The translations under genes were made by a program, and so were the position numbers. A stretch of DNA of 64,000 nucleotides from assembly GCA_001600815.1 (NCBI GenBank), contig BCKZ01000003.1, positions 1,041,474-1,105,473 on the forward strand. Reading direction: 5' to 3'. This DNA is from Alloascoidea hylecoeti. Taxonomy: Eukaryota. The notes under the pieces are model-generated. The model was not told the DNA's origin. It searched no databases and was given only the letters and a program-made list of their open reading frames with translations. This document shows, in pieces, positions 37,363 to 50,801 of this stretch. How positions within the stretch are numbered: position 1 is the first letter of the stretch; every line of letters begins with the position of its first letter.

Positions 37363-38531
37363 ATGGGTGGTATGGATATGGATATGAATATGGACAAAAT
37401 GAGCCAAATGGAGAACGACGAGTTTTTCTATTTACACGAAGAACCTTCAGAATCTTCTTCTTTGGCGATTCAGTTCCAATCAGACGAAAATGTTGATTCT
37501 TGTACTGATGATAGTTTCCAAATGCAAATGCCCTTTGATACTTTTGACCCTCTCGATCCCATTTTATCGGAAACTCTCTCAACTCTGCAAGATTTGGATA
37601 TTCCCGAATGCCCCCAAACTATAAAAGCTTCCATTATAAATGATAACCAAAATGATAACCAAGATAATCATAATTTCGATTTGGAATATTTTTCAAATTT
37701 TAATAATGAACAACAACAACAAATAAAAAGTCCAAATTCTTTAAAATTTCCTGAGGAATCAATAATTAGTCCAAAATTTTTCACTCCTAGAAATAAAAAC
37801 TCAAAAATTAAATCTTTTCATGATCGTTGTAAATCTGTTAATAATATATTACAATCATCTCCTATTTCATCTTCATCAACAACAACATTTAAAAAAAATC
37901 ATAATCGTTTAAGATCTGGATTAAACCTTAACACATCAGTAATTAATAATAATGAATTTGATGAACCATCACCAATGGTTCAAAAAAGAAAATGTTCTGA
38001 TAATATAAAAGATTTTATTCAATTAGATGAAGATGAAAATGATATTGAAAACCTTAATACAACATCAAGTAATGATATTGATTTATCAAAATCTTTTAAA
38101 TTTCCAATATCTCCTTCACAAACAACAACCCAAGTTAATAATATTCAATTTGAAGCCCAATTATTACAACCACAATCACAATCTAATACAAATGAAGTTA
38201 TTAATAATTATGATCCAATATATTTATCAAAATTATCAAGGTATGCGAATGGTGATATTAATTATAATGAGCCAGTCACATACCCTGCTGTCCTTGAACT
38301 TAATGAATCACCATTACCATTACAATTAGATGAAAATGAAAATGAACGATTTATATCATCAAAAAATATCATTAAATCTTCTTCACCTTCACGTTCTAAA
38401 TCACCTTTAAAATTAAAATTAAATTCTACTTTTTCACCTTCACCTTTAAATTCACCTTTAAAATTTCATTCCATTTCTTCATCACCTTTAAAATTAAATT
38501 TAAATTTAGATTTAACAAAAAATAATAATAA

Positions 38532-38599
<68 letters not shown>

Positions 38600-40200
38600 T
38601 GGATATTGATATTGATAATAATAAATTCCAAAGGACTGCAGAGGAATATGACAATGGCAATAATTTAAATAATAATAATAATTTTAATTTAAATTTAAAT
38701 TTTAATGATTTATTTTTTGATGATATTAACAGTAATAATAATAGTCTTAGTTCAAGTCCTTTAAAATTTCAATCACAATCAAATTCTCGATTACAATCAC
38801 AAACAAATTCAATTTCTCAATTAAATTTACAATTATCTCCTGGTCAAGATAATAATTTATTTACAATTCCTGCTTCTCCGTTTGATATTAATTTAAGAGG
38901 TAGAAAAAATTCAAGATTATCAACAAAACAAAATTTATCATATTCACCATCTAAAAATCATTCACAATCAATATCTAATTCAAATTTTATACAATTACCT
39001 TGTCAAACTCCAAGACAATCAAATCAATTTGATTTATCATCTCCTGAATATTCATCTCCAGAATTACAACCAATTTTTTTTACACCAACTCAAAATAGTT
39101 TTTCCGTATCTCATTTTCAACAACAACAACAACAACAACAACAACATGGACAACATGGTTTAATTAATGATGGACCTGATTTACGTCCTGATAGTCCATT
39201 AATTGCTCCAATTGCTGCTAATTTCCATCATAGTCCAAATCATAATCATAGTCCTTCTATAGTTAGTACTGATTCTTCTCCAACTTCAAGTATTTGTAAA
39301 AATGGTAATAAAAAATTTAGATTACATTCAAATCATAATGGTTTAACATCAACAATTAAATTAGAACCACCAACATTAAACAATGGAAATCAATCATCAA
39401 ATGGTTCAATTTCACCATCATCATCAATTAATATTATTTTATCAAGTCCAACTATTTCTTGTAGTAGTCCAAATATATCACCAAATCAAAGAATTAGAAA
39501 TGAAGGAATTGATTTTAATAATTTAAATAATTTAAGATCAAATTCAACATCACCATTAAAAAGAAGATTTAAACATACTGCAAGAAATTATATTAAAAAA
39601 TCAACGTTACCACCTGGTTGTATTGATTCATATATAATTGGTCCAGATGAAAATAATGAATATATTTGTCTTTTTGAAAATTGTAATAAAGTTTTTAAAA
39701 GAAGATATAATATTAGATCACATGTACAAACCCATTTATGTGATAGACCTTTTATTTGTAAACAATGTGGTTCAAGATTTGTTAGACAACATGATTTAAA
39801 AAGACATGAAACTATACATGAAGATTATAAATTTCAATGTGCTTGTGAAAAAAAATTTGCAAGACATGATGCTTTAATGAGACATCAAGTTAGAAATATA
39901 TGTATTGGTGGGATTGAAGTTCCCGGTGTTACTAAGAAAAAGGGAAAAAGAGGTAGACCAAGGAAATATCCAATTAATGATCAAAAAGATAATAATAATG
40001 TTAATGATGATAGTAATGACAATTCAAATTCCGAATCTCCTGAAAAATCAAATAAACTCGATCCAATTATTGATGGGAATGAAACTGAAGTTGAATCAGA
40101 TACTGAAGATAATGATATTTCTGATAATATTATGAATGATGAAGAAATTCAAATGTCTAAAATAGAACAACAAATTCAATTATTATCTCAACAACATTAA
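37363..40200 (+). CDS. ACE2: Ace2/Swi5 C2H2 zinc-finger transcription factor
   Basis: TLPPGCIDSY followed by fingers C..C.K.FKRRYNIRSHVQTH..DRPF.C..C...FVRQHDLKRH...H...C.C.KKF.R.DAL..H....C.GG, then KRGRPRK. Many SP/TP sites. Exact start Met uncertain. Confidence 0.9.
38521..38598 (+). repeat. Coding (AAT)n microsatellite, N6-K-N19 in Ace2
   Basis: Read directly from the sequence. Confidence 0.95.
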
Positions 40201-40244
40201 TCTACAAAATTTTTGTGATTGTTTTTGATGTATTATGTTATATG

Positions 40245-40275
<31 letters not shown>

Positions 40276-40953
40276 GATAAGATATATCGTTTATTATTTT
40301 GTTCATATTTTTTTTCTTTATTCAATTCTTAAAATCTAACGCATAATTATGAAAAATTACAAAGCTGTTGTGTTTATTTATTTTATGACTATTCTATTCT
40401 ATCCTATGTTTTATTTGTTAAAAAATATTTTTTATTCGAATTCCTTCATGTCTTGATTTGATTTGATTTGATTACAATATTTACAATTTTAAAAAATTTA
40501 ATAATCTTCTGTTTTATACATTTATATAATTATAACTATGTTAATATTCGTTGTTAATATTTCAATTTTATTTGATTTTATATTATATTTTTTACAATTA
40601 TATGTTTTTAAAAAAATAATTTGGTTTAGTTTGTTTGTTTGATTTTTTATTACAACATTTATATTCTATTTAAAATTTTATTATATATCTTATAAATTTC
40701 AATTCATTTCCATTTCCTTCATTACCTTCATTTCAAGTTCATATTTATTTCCTTTTCTTTCCTTCCCTTTCAATTTATTTCAAATTCATGTTAATTAATT
40801 AAATTTATAATAATAATATATCCCTTTTAAAAAACATGTATGTATATAAAACAATACCAAAACATATTTCAATCTATAAATATTTTCAAGCCATATATAT
40901 ATCATAAAGTTTATACCTTCAAAGAGACAACAATAAATGAATCGAATAAGGTT

Positions 40954-40960
40954 TGAAACA
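40954..40960 (+). promoter_or_regulatory. Ste12 pheromone response element upstream of PRM1
   Basis: Exact TGAAACA ~210 bp upstream of a pheromone-induced gene. One-mismatch TAAAACA at 40847 and 41058. Confidence 0.5.
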
Positions 40961-41171
40961 CCAAATCCACACTGTGATTTGGTATACGGGTCAACGTTAA
41001 ACTTTATTTATTATATTGAGTGCAATATTGTATTTTAAAGTTACAATAAAACCCATTTAAAACAAAACATGAAAGTCAATATATGAACAAGAAAATGGTA
41101 TATATCCGGTTTAAACCCATATTAAACAATGTTCTTCTTTTATTACTTCTTTAATACTATTTCAATAACTA

Positions 41172-43673
41172 ATGATGATGAAAGGATCAGAATTAATTAT
41201 TCAACCATACCTAAGTTTTTGGGAAAGAATTTCTCAAATTGTATTTAATCAATATACAACTTTATTAATTATATCTGTTCTAAAACTTCACATTTTTTCA
41301 ATGATGTTAGTTAAAGATTTAATTATTGCTAAAAATCATAGTCAACAGGTTGTTGCAATGGCAGATCAAGCATTACAATTAGCAAGAGAAATACCATATA
41401 AAACAACAGAAGCATTAAATTTATTGACAATTCATATTGTTAATAAATCAATTGTTTTATTATATAATGGTTTAATGATGATAGTTAAGGCATTAAGTTC
41501 AATAATTATATTTATTATAAATTTTTATATTGGTACAATTACTTGTTTAATTACATTAACTGTTCAAGGAGCAGTTGATGTTGGAGTTGATACTTCTGAA
41601 TCAGTAATTAAATTTGTAAATACAACAATATCAGGAATTGCAAATAAATTAGATGATGGATTAGAAGATATTTCTAAAGTTTTATCAACTGTTGTTAATA
41701 CTGTTGATCATGTAATTGATAAAATAAAAGGTGATGATGATGACAATGAATCAAAAGTTCATAATGTTAATTTAACAATTGATAAATTAAGAAATATTCA
41801 TATACCTGGTTCAGTAACTGAAAAATTAGATAATTTAAAGAAAAAAGTTCCAAATTTTGATGAAGTTGAACAAAAAATGAAAGATATGATAAATATCCCA
41901 TTTAATGAAATTAAATATAAAATTACAAATTCTTCAAGTTATTTAAAAGCGAGTAATAATACTTTATTTAATAAATCAATACTTTATGTACCACCATCAC
42001 CACAATCATATTATTCAAATAATTCAAAAATAAACAATTCATCTCAAATCATTCCGATATATAATGGTACTGATTCCAATAAAATACCTGTTATGGGGCA
42101 AATGAGTTCATATGCACAATCAGAAGAATTAGATAAATTTTATGATAAATTATCAAAAGATATAAACAAATTATCAAAAATTTTAATAATCATTTTAATA
42201 ATTTTTGCTTTTATTGTATTAATACCAATTATTTATGAAGAAATTAGAAGATTTATAAGAATTAATGGTATGGCAGATAATTTTATGAAATCTCATTTAA
42301 AAAATTCAATTATAAATGAAAATGAAAAAGAAGGAGAAAACAACCTTTTTAAAACAATAAGTTCTCAAACATTAAATAATAATAATAATAATGAAATTAA
42401 TCAAATTCCAAAATTAAAAGTTGAAGTTATTGAAGTTATTGAATATACTTTATCACCTTTTCAAAGAATACTTGTTTCTATTATTCAACCATTAATTAAA
42501 AATAAATCAATTCAAATACAAAATTTAATAAAATGGGGTATTAGTTGGTGTTTTTCAACAAAATTATTAACTATATTAGGACTTGGTTTAGCTGGTGTTA
42601 TTATAGTTTTATTTCAATTTTTAATATTACAAATTGTTACAAAATCAATACCAAAATTAATTCATATTATTCATGATTTAGGTGAAAATAAATCACAACA
42701 ATTATCACAAGATTTAAATCTTTGGTCAAATATAACAAATAATGCTTTAAATTCAACACAAACAGATATAAACCATGAATTTTTTGGATGGATTGATCAT
42801 GCATCTTTAGGAATTAATAATACTTTGACAACATTTATGACTGGGATGGATTCAAATTTAGATAAATTTTTAGGTGATACAATATTAAATCATGCTATTA
42901 AAGGAATTATAGATTGTTTAATTGGTAATAAAATTGAAAAAATACAAAATGGTTTAACATGGGTTTATGATAATGCAAGAATAACATTACCTAGAATTGA
43001 TCCTGATTTATTTTTAAATATAATCGATAATAATAATACTAATTCAACAATTATTAATGGAACTACCCTATCAAATCAAACAATTCATTATAAAAGATAT
43101 ATTAGATCAATAAAACATACAAAAATATCAAAATTTACAAATTCAAATCAAAATCAAAATCAAATTATGTTAGAAAATACAGCAAATATTTTAAAATCTG
43201 GATTAATATCTGTTATTAAATCATTCAAATCTCAAATAAAAATGGAATTATATTTTTCTTTAGTATTAATAATATTATGGGTTTTTTCATCATTAATAGG
43301 TATGATAAGAGTTTATATTAAATGGAGAAGAATTAATAATGGTATTGATAAAATAGATTTACGAGAATTTAAAATACCAAAATATACAATAAGTAAACCA
43401 ATATTACCACAATATGGATCTGATAAATTTAATAGAAATTTTCAAGTTCAGGGCAAGAAAAAATCTGAAGAAAAAGAAAAAGAAAAAGTAATTGCAATTG
43501 TATCGGATATGAAAAAGAAGATGATTGATAAATTGAAAATAAGGACCCATGATCATCGAGGTAGAAGCATGGATTCCAAAATGCCAGCTGCAGGGGCATC
43601 TTTATCTAACAAAGAGAAAAGGAATCAGGAACAAAAGCATGCGATGGCCACAGAAAATCCATTTTTAGATTGA
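41172..43673 (+). CDS. PRM1: Prm1 pheromone-regulated plasma-membrane fusion protein
   Basis: PYL...ERISQ...N..T.LL N-terminus, G.ITCL and CLIG.KIEKIQNGLTWV.DNA.ITLP motifs, several TM segments, many N-glycosylation sequons, C-terminal ENPF. Confidence 0.92.
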   Translation: MMMKGSELIIQPYLSFWERISQIVFNQYTTLLIISVLKLHIFSMMLVKDLIIAKNHSQQVVAMADQALQLAREIPYKTTEALNLLTIHIVNKSIVLLYNGLMMIVKALSSIIIFIINFYIGTITCLITLTVQGAVDVGVDTSESVIKFVNTTISGIANKLDDGLEDISKVLSTVVNTVDHVIDKIKGDDDDNESKVHNVNLTIDKLRNIHIPGSVTEKLDNLKKKVPNFDEVEQKMKDMINIPFNEIKYKITNSSSYLKASNNTLFNKSILYVPPSPQSYYSNNSKINNSSQIIPIYNGTDSNKIPVMGQMSSYAQSEELDKFYDKLSKDINKLSKILIIILIIFAFIVLIPIIYEEIRRFIRINGMADNFMKSHLKNSIINENEKEGENNLFKTISSQTLNNNNNNEINQIPKLKVEVIEVIEYTLSPFQRILVSIIQPLIKNKSIQIQNLIKWGISWCFSTKLLTILGLGLAGVIIVLFQFLILQIVTKSIPKLIHIIHDLGENKSQQLSQDLNLWSNITNNALNSTQTDINHEFFGWIDHASLGINNTLTTFMTGMDSNLDKFLGDTILNHAIKGIIDCLIGNKIEKIQNGLTWVYDNARITLPRIDPDLFLNIIDNNNTNSTIINGTTLSNQTIHYKRYIRSIKHTKISKFTNSNQNQNQIMLENTANILKSGLISVIKSFKSQIKMELYFSLVLIILWVFSSLIGMIRVYIKWRRINNGIDKIDLREFKIPKYTISKPILPQYGSDKFNRNFQVQGKKKSEEKEKEKVIAIVSDMKKKMIDKLKIRTHDHRGRSMDSKMPAAGASLSNKEKRNQEQKHAMATENPFLD

Positions 43674-44489
43674 TAATATAAGTTCTTATATATGATTCAC
43701 ACTATAATTTAATACTGTAAAGTTATACTCAACACATATTTTAGAACAACAACGTTTATCATGCCTACTAGTATAGCCTGTATAGGGCCATGAAATAATA
43801 ATTTAAACCAACAATAATTGGTAACAAGCTTAGAGATTGATAAACAGCTATTTTATTAATCGTACGATGAACAGGAACGATCAAAGCTTGATATCTAATC
43901 GTCACGATATTCTTGAGAAATCTTTCCTAGCAGACGATGCTTGAAGATTGGTTGTGAAACTCTTAACAATAACTTTTCTACACTAGTTTTTTCCAACTAT
44001 CACTTTAACGTCATCACTGATCACTGATCACGTAGATGATGATGCTGTCTGGAGTTCTAGGTAATTAAGGTTTATCCACATGAACAAACTACTGCATCTA
44101 CACATGCTTTAAAGAAAACTACTCCAACTCCATTTTTGCTGGAAAAGAACACCACTTGAAATACGAAAAAAATTTCCTTTTTCGATGAATTTTGTAACAA
44201 TTTAATTCCAAGAATAGCAAGAATAACGTGATTGCGACAGCCTGAATGTTGTATCTGTAATCCGTGTGTACGTAGGGGAGATAGTAAGGTTGTTCTGCAT
44301 CAAGTCTGCTGTTAGTTTCCTTTTTTGGAACTCGCCTCTCTCTTTTCTACGCTTGACGTGAAACGTGACTTGAACATCGGCACGGCAACCAGCTTTTAAC
44401 TCAATTTCTAAACATCGAGACTTTTTTTTATTACTCTTTTTTATAATTAAATAGTCCCCGGCAACTCAGCCATATAACTTCCACAACAA

Positions 44490-46841
44490 ATGATGAGAAT
44501 CCCACAAGAAGTGGAGGAGGATCCGATTTTGGATGCTTTGTCTGCTAGAATAGAAGCAATCACCATGGAGAACCAACGAATTCTGGACATAAACAACAAA
44601 CTTCACTCACAATTACAAACTATTACTGACACTGTTTTGGAATCAGAAGGACAAGCAGATATACTATCACAGCAGGTACGAAGTTCTAAATCATTTACAT
44701 CTCATTTAAAGACATTATCAATTAGATCGGAGTATTTTGAGGCTCAGCTTGCTTTATTAGAAAGTGCTAGACATTGGGATTATATACAATCTAAAAAGCA
44801 AGAGGATCCAATAGCTTCTAATTCTAAAAGAACTCAAGAGATTGAGCTTAACTGGTTAGCTACCCAAATTGCCTTAGAAAAACTACGACTAGAATATAAA
44901 CATTTAAAGCTTTTATCAAGTTATAAAAATGGGTTTAACTCAGAAACAAATAAAACACAAAACTGGACAGATTCTTTTGCTTCGCCTTCTACACAAGATA
45001 CAGTCTTTTTTGAAAAACTTATAGATCAACAAGTTAAAGTTGAAATTGAAAATATTAATTTAAGACGCAAGTTAGAATTAGCTGAAAGAGAAGCGCGTTT
45101 AGTAAAGAGGCAAATTAAATACAGACATACATCAGGACGTTATAATGAAATTGGTCAAAGACAACACCTTCGTGGAATTTCAAATGATATAAAAGAAAGT
45201 ATCCGTAATGAAGATTCAGTATATTCAACTGATATAAGCACACTTTTTGACGTTTCGATGACTACAAGTGAAGATACCGATACATCCATTAGTGATATAA
45301 CATTGCCCTATGACTTACAACAGGCGATTTCAAAATCACATCATGAATCAACTAGAAGTCAAGCATATAATACCCTATGTTCAACAATTGACGAACAACA
45401 TGAATCTACGTCTTGGAATAGCCCTATTGAATCTGAAATACCTCAAAAATCAACACTTTTACCATCTCCTGAAATTGCCTACAAAAAACTTCGTATAAGA
45501 CCAAATCAAACAGTTCTTTATGATGCTGATAATCAATCATCTCCACTTACAAGTGCTACATCTGCTAAATCAACTAAAAGTCATTGTATATCTCCATATG
45601 AAGATAACAGTCAAAGACGATCTTTACGCAACTCATGGTTTCTACATAATTTCCATACCCGTTCTAATTCATGTGATAGTATATTTTCAGACAACAAAGT
45701 AAATGGTACACCATCTACTTGCATTTCATCTTTAAGTCCAAGAGATACTAGACGTATTTCCGAAAGAAAGGGTTCAATAGGAAATAAAAGACTTCGACCA
45801 GAAGAATCAATAACACCAAGAATAGTATCGCCTTTACCTTTTAATTTGAATGTTCAATCTGCAAGGGATTATAGAAGGAAACATCATTCAAATTCAACAA
45901 CATCATTATCAAGAACAATGTCTTCACAAACACGATTAAATTCTGGATTTCAAAATTCTAACTACGTTAACACAAATCCAATGTATAATAATAGTATGAA
46001 CAATTATCCAAGAAAGAGAAGTTCACTAAGTAAAAAGAATTCAACTACTTCGATAAGTCCAGCACGAGCTACACCATCGATGACTTTTTCAATGTTGCAA
46101 CCACCTCATGTTCTTAAACCTATTTTATCATCTGATACCGCAGAGGAAACTGTCCACGGAAGTACTCAAAACATACAATGGGAAATACTTCATACACGAC
46201 TTGAATATTTATCTAAAACGTATAGTGCACCACTTTCAAAATCGTCCTCTTCAAAAGATAGTCAGAAACCAATGAATAGACCAGTTATGTTAAAACAAGT
46301 ATCACAATTTGCATTATTAGAAGCTTTATCATCAAATGATTTAAATTCTAGATTTATTAAAGATTATCAAGAGAATAAAAAAGCATCAATTTTACTTAAA
46401 AAAAGAGAAGAAATTAAAAAAAGAGAAGAAGTTCAAGCTCTTGATATTCCAATTGATTCATTACAAGAAGCAATTCATTCTGAATGTTTTACCCGGGAAT
46501 CCCTTGAAACTATAAACTTTTCATCGAATAAAAGAAAGATGTCAAGTAAAGTCAAGGAATGTGGGTCTAACCAGAACAAATCTTCAAATTCAAAACAAAC
46601 ACCTTCTAGAAATCGATCAAAAACTTTTAGTATTTTTACTCAACCACCTGTTTCTAGTGTTCCTATAATTAGAATCAATAGTGATAAAACTCTTGGAGAT
46701 GAAACTGATGATAAAAAATTGGAATCTCAATCAACACATCTAAAATTGGATTTTCCATTTTTATCTCCTCAGATTTCTTCTGATACACTATATGAATCAC
46801 TTAATTGTAATATGACTTTTGGTCCAAATAGCTTATTTTAA
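44490..46841 (+). CDS. Uncharacterised protein with N-terminal coiled coil and Ser/Thr-rich disordered remainder
   Basis: 783-aa uninterrupted ORF; heptad-like pattern in the first ~210 aa. Confidence 0.8.
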   Translation: MMRIPQEVEEDPILDALSARIEAITMENQRILDINNKLHSQLQTITDTVLESEGQADILSQQVRSSKSFTSHLKTLSIRSEYFEAQLALLESARHWDYIQSKKQEDPIASNSKRTQEIELNWLATQIALEKLRLEYKHLKLLSSYKNGFNSETNKTQNWTDSFASPSTQDTVFFEKLIDQQVKVEIENINLRRKLELAEREARLVKRQIKYRHTSGRYNEIGQRQHLRGISNDIKESIRNEDSVYSTDISTLFDVSMTTSEDTDTSISDITLPYDLQQAISKSHHESTRSQAYNTLCSTIDEQHESTSWNSPIESEIPQKSTLLPSPEIAYKKLRIRPNQTVLYDADNQSSPLTSATSAKSTKSHCISPYEDNSQRRSLRNSWFLHNFHTRSNSCDSIFSDNKVNGTPSTCISSLSPRDTRRISERKGSIGNKRLRPEESITPRIVSPLPFNLNVQSARDYRRKHHSNSTTSLSRTMSSQTRLNSGFQNSNYVNTNPMYNNSMNNYPRKRSSLSKKNSTTSISPARATPSMTFSMLQPPHVLKPILSSDTAEETVHGSTQNIQWEILHTRLEYLSKTYSAPLSKSSSSKDSQKPMNRPVMLKQVSQFALLEALSSNDLNSRFIKDYQENKKASILLKKREEIKKREEVQALDIPIDSLQEAIHSECFTRESLETINFSSNKRKMSSKVKECGSNQNKSSNSKQTPSRNRSKTFSIFTQPPVSSVPIIRINSDKTLGDETDDKKLESQSTHLKLDFPFLSPQISSDTLYESLNCNMTFGPNSLF

Positions 46842-47932
46842 AGCATGATCAATAACTTTTTTTCATCTGTTTTCAGTATACAATTATATTTATACTATAC
46901 TATACAATCAATAATTTGTATTTATACTCATACCAAATTTCACCATGTTTCAATAAATGTATTCTTTTTATCTGTTATTTTACTTTGTTCTCGTTTTGTT
47001 TTTTAAAATTAACCTAATTTTTTGCATGGTTACTTCTAATTTTTGATGTTGGGTTAAATTGGCGATTTCTGTACTCTCTTTTTCATTTATCTTTAATTAA
47101 TTGTAAAGTAAAAGATATACTACTATGTTACTTTTATATTAATTTTCATTTATTTATTTTTTCAATACCTTTTTAATTTTTAATCATCTTTTAATTTTTA
47201 ACCATTTAATTTATTGTTCATTACTACGTAAAGTTATGAAGTTTTTGTCTTAACGTCATTCATGATACTTTTTTTAAACATTATTGATTAAAGAAATTAA
47301 ATGAATTTAAAGCCCCTTTATATATTTACTCAAACTTTTTTTATACTTTTTAATTGTACAAGTTGTTATAATTCTTGGATTTGTTTTTGTATTCAAGATA
47401 TAATTATATTAATATTTTTTTTTTTGTGTAAGTATACTGTATTTTCACAATTTATACACCAATTTTTGTTTATTGATTATTTGTAGTTTTATTGTTATAT
47501 ATTACATTTTTGTTGTTATAAAATCATAAATTTAATCTTATTGTTTAATAGAAGATTTTAGAGCTCGAGATAACATATTAATTAACTTGTGATAATATAT
47601 TGCTTAAGAATTCTCTTCTATTTCATTAAATTAAATCCATAAATATCATTTTATGTATCCTCAATAACGTTAACACTATTGTTTTCGTGAACATCGATCA
47701 GTATTATCAGTTATTGTACTATGTTGATCCAAATCAGTGATATTATTGACTTTGAGAACATAATCATCTTCTTTAATTATTTCTTATTGATGTGAAATCA
47801 TAATTAATAGCTACAGTCGTATTTGAAATTTGTTACCCGACATCCAAAGTTGCAGTTAATCAAGAAATATGACACAAAGTTTAATATCATTTCAAGTAAC
47901 AGCTTCAAAACAAAATATAAACAAAAATTAAA

Positions 47933-48764
47933 ATGTCAACATCAACACCAGTTTCTAAAAGATCTAGTGTTAGATCAATATCTTCGGCAACTAGTAGTAG
48001 ATTTAATATATTATCACCAAGTTCTGTTAAAAGTCCACAACTTTCAAATAGAAGGACAGCACCTTCAATATATGAGAAAAATTTAAGTAGAAGAACACCT
48101 GAAATATCATTATCTGCTTTTACTTTTTTATATTGTGAAATGATATCTTTTATGCATTCTAAAAGTCAAGGTGTGCCTGATCTTGAAAATAGGTGAGTAT
48201 TCTAATTATTTACAGCATTATATAAAGTATATGTAAAGTACAATAAAAGTTTATTAACTATCATTTTTTGGTTTTAGATTGAATATGCTTGGATATCAAG
48301 TTGGACAAAAAACGTTAGAATTAATAAACCTTCGTGAGGGGAAGACTGCTAAGCGACCTTTACGTATTATTGAAGTACTACAATTTGTTCATACAACTAT
48401 TTGGAAGACTTTATTTGGAAAAACAGCGGATGCGTTAGAAAAATCACAAGACAACGAAAATGAATGTAAGTATCCACAAATTATACAATGAAGTATTAGA
48501 ACTAACTTTGTTATTTTGCTAGATATGATAATTGATAAGGAACCAGTAATTGATCAATTCATTTCAATCCCTAGAGAATATTCAAGTCTTTGTTGTTCTG
48601 CATTTATGGCAGGTATTATAGAATCTATATTAGATTGTTCATCATTTCCTGCTGATGTTACTGCCCACTCAGTAGCACAAGATTCGTATCCTTTAAATAC
48701 AGTGTTCTTAATTAAATTTAATTCAGATGTTATTGAGAGGGAAAAGTTAAGATTTGGACGATAA
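47933..48764 (+). CDS. TRS31: TRAPP subunit Trs31; exons 47933-48192, 48278-48465, 48523-48764
   Basis: Motifs SLSAFTFLYCEMI, LENRLN..GYQVG, QFVH..IWK.LFGK.AD.LEKS and C.AF.AGIIE..L...FPA.VTAH. GTGAGT and GTAAGT introns join the three ORF pieces in frame. Confidence 0.95.
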
Positions 48765-49340
48765 TTTCAATAAGATAAAATCTTACTTTATTACTTTTGA
48801 TGACCATTATAAATAAAAGGGCATTTTTGCATATGGGATTATACATTTATAGAAAGTTAACTCCCTTTTCTAGTTTTCCAGGGCCTTCTTCTATAGCTAA
48901 TAAATAATAATAGAGAGTTGGGTTAGAGTTGTTGTCTTCATGTAAGCTTAAGTGAGAAGGTTGAAATATTTGCAAAGGAGTTTTCTGGATACATTGATAT
49001 ATTTATAAGATATTCATACATTAGCATTTTAATCATAAGGTCAAGTAATCAATACGCAACCAACTTATATTTTACATCTTCCCTTTACCACGAAACGGAA
49101 AGAAAAAACTTTTAACTCCTTCCTATTATAGATTATTAAGAAACTCCAAAAGGTCCAAAAGCTATAGAAAAACAATTATTCAGAGAAAGATCATCAAATA
49201 TATAAATTTTCATCATTTATAAAATTATATCTAAAAAGAAGTGGTAAGTTTTAACCACCAATTACCCTGCCTTTTCAATTCATGGAACCATCAAATGGGA
49301 TCTTCATTAAATGTTTACAATGTAATTATAAAAAAATGAA

Positions 49341-50801
49341 ATGAGTCTTCGTAATCAATTACACCTATTACAAAGTCAATTTCCATCAAAACATATAAGT
49401 TCAACAATAGATGGTTTAATTTCATTATTAAATTTTCAAAATACAATAATTGGAACACAAGATATTAATATTTTAACAAAATTAGTACCTGAATTAAAAC
49501 ATAGTCCAGATTGGAAACAAATAATAAAAGGAAATAAAAATGGAATTTTATTAGAACATTCAAATACTTTTTATGGTGCTTCAAAACAAGGAAAACTTAT
49601 ACATTATAGAATACCGAGTAAAATATTGAATAAATGTAATGCAAGAGTGATATATAAATCGGAAAATGAAAGTATAGATCAAGAAATATATCAATTATAT
49701 ATTTCTTCTTCCAAAGAAGAATCGAATACAAATACAAATACAAATATAAATGAATCGATTAATGAAAATAAGTCTATGAATTGTTTTATTCCAAGTATTT
49801 CTATCCCTATTAATTCAAATGATGAAAATATAACAAATTTATTATTAAAATCATCAAATTCAAATATAATAATAAACAATACAACTTCAAAATTATTAAA
49901 TCATTGTTCTTCATTAATTTTAAAATCAAAACAAAATTTTATTTCTCAAGAAAAAGAATTTAATAATATTTTATTAAATTATAAAAAAAAATCAAATGAA
50001 AAATTCCAAAATATAGATAACGATTTAAAAAAATTTATATTTAATGAATTACCATGGTGGAAAGCTATAATTGGAGATTTTAGAAATGATTTAGATAATG
50101 GTATAAATGAGTGGCTTAATGAATATATTAAAGATATTAAAAATGAAAATGAAGAAATACGAAAGAAATATAATTTAAAAACAAAGTTAATAAGAGATGA
50201 AAAAGAACTACTTTTAAAATCTAATTTAAATACAAAACAAAAAAATGATATTATATCTACAGATACTAATGAATTAAAAAATACATCGGAACAGCTGAAC
50301 TATCTATCTAAAACTGCTCCAACTTCTCTCCATGGTCCTGAGTTTCTTATTCCAAAAGCCAAAGTTAATCATTCAACCAAAATTGATACTAAATCTCTTA
50401 CTGTTAACACACATTTTAAAACCACAATCACTTCCCTCATAAAAAATACATTTCTTGGTATATATTTCCCATCACTACTAATAACAGGTATAGATTATCA
50501 TTATTATTCAAACTCTTCACATTATGGTTATGCTGCTCTTGGTTTTTCATTAGGTATTTGGAAATTTGATAAATGTTATACAAAAACAGTAAATGAATTA
50601 AGTTTGAATATAATACCAGAATATAAAAATTTATTATCAAAATGGAATTTACAATTAGAAGAAGATTTAAAAATGAAATTAAAACTTGATAAAATACATT
50701 TTGATCAAAAGATTAAAATCAAAGAAGATTGTGTATTGAATGTTAGAAAAGATTTAGAAGCTTTAAACTTGAATACTCCATCCAATCAAACCGATACTTA
50801 A
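49341..50801 (+). CDS. Fungal Mmc1-like protein (tentative), C-terminal hydrophobic hairpin
   Basis: 486 aa. LPWWK and AALG...GIW...K motifs recall the fungal Mmc1 C-terminal domain. Recognition from memory only. Confidence 0.55.
   Translation: MSLRNQLHLLQSQFPSKHISSTIDGLISLLNFQNTIIGTQDINILTKLVPELKHSPDWKQIIKGNKNGILLEHSNTFYGASKQGKLIHYRIPSKILNKCNARVIYKSENESIDQEIYQLYISSSKEESNTNTNTNINESINENKSMNCFIPSISIPINSNDENITNLLLKSSNSNIIINNTTSKLLNHCSSLILKSKQNFISQEKEFNNILLNYKKKSNEKFQNIDNDLKKFIFNELPWWKAIIGDFRNDLDNGINEWLNEYIKDIKNENEEIRKKYNLKTKLIRDEKELLLKSNLNTKQKNDIISTDTNELKNTSEQLNYLSKTAPTSLHGPEFLIPKAKVNHSTKIDTKSLTVNTHFKTTITSLIKNTFLGIYFPSLLITGIDYHYYSNSSHYGYAALGFSLGIWKFDKCYTKTVNELSLNIIPEYKNLLSKWNLQLEEDLKMKLKLDKIHFDQKIKIKEDCVLNVRKDLEALNLNTPSNQTDT

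Noticed and set aside
41098..41190. Possible 5' intron in PRM1 (GTATAT...ACTAAT...AG)
   Set aside because: No donor/acceptor pair joins an upstream ATG in frame with the PRM1 ORF.
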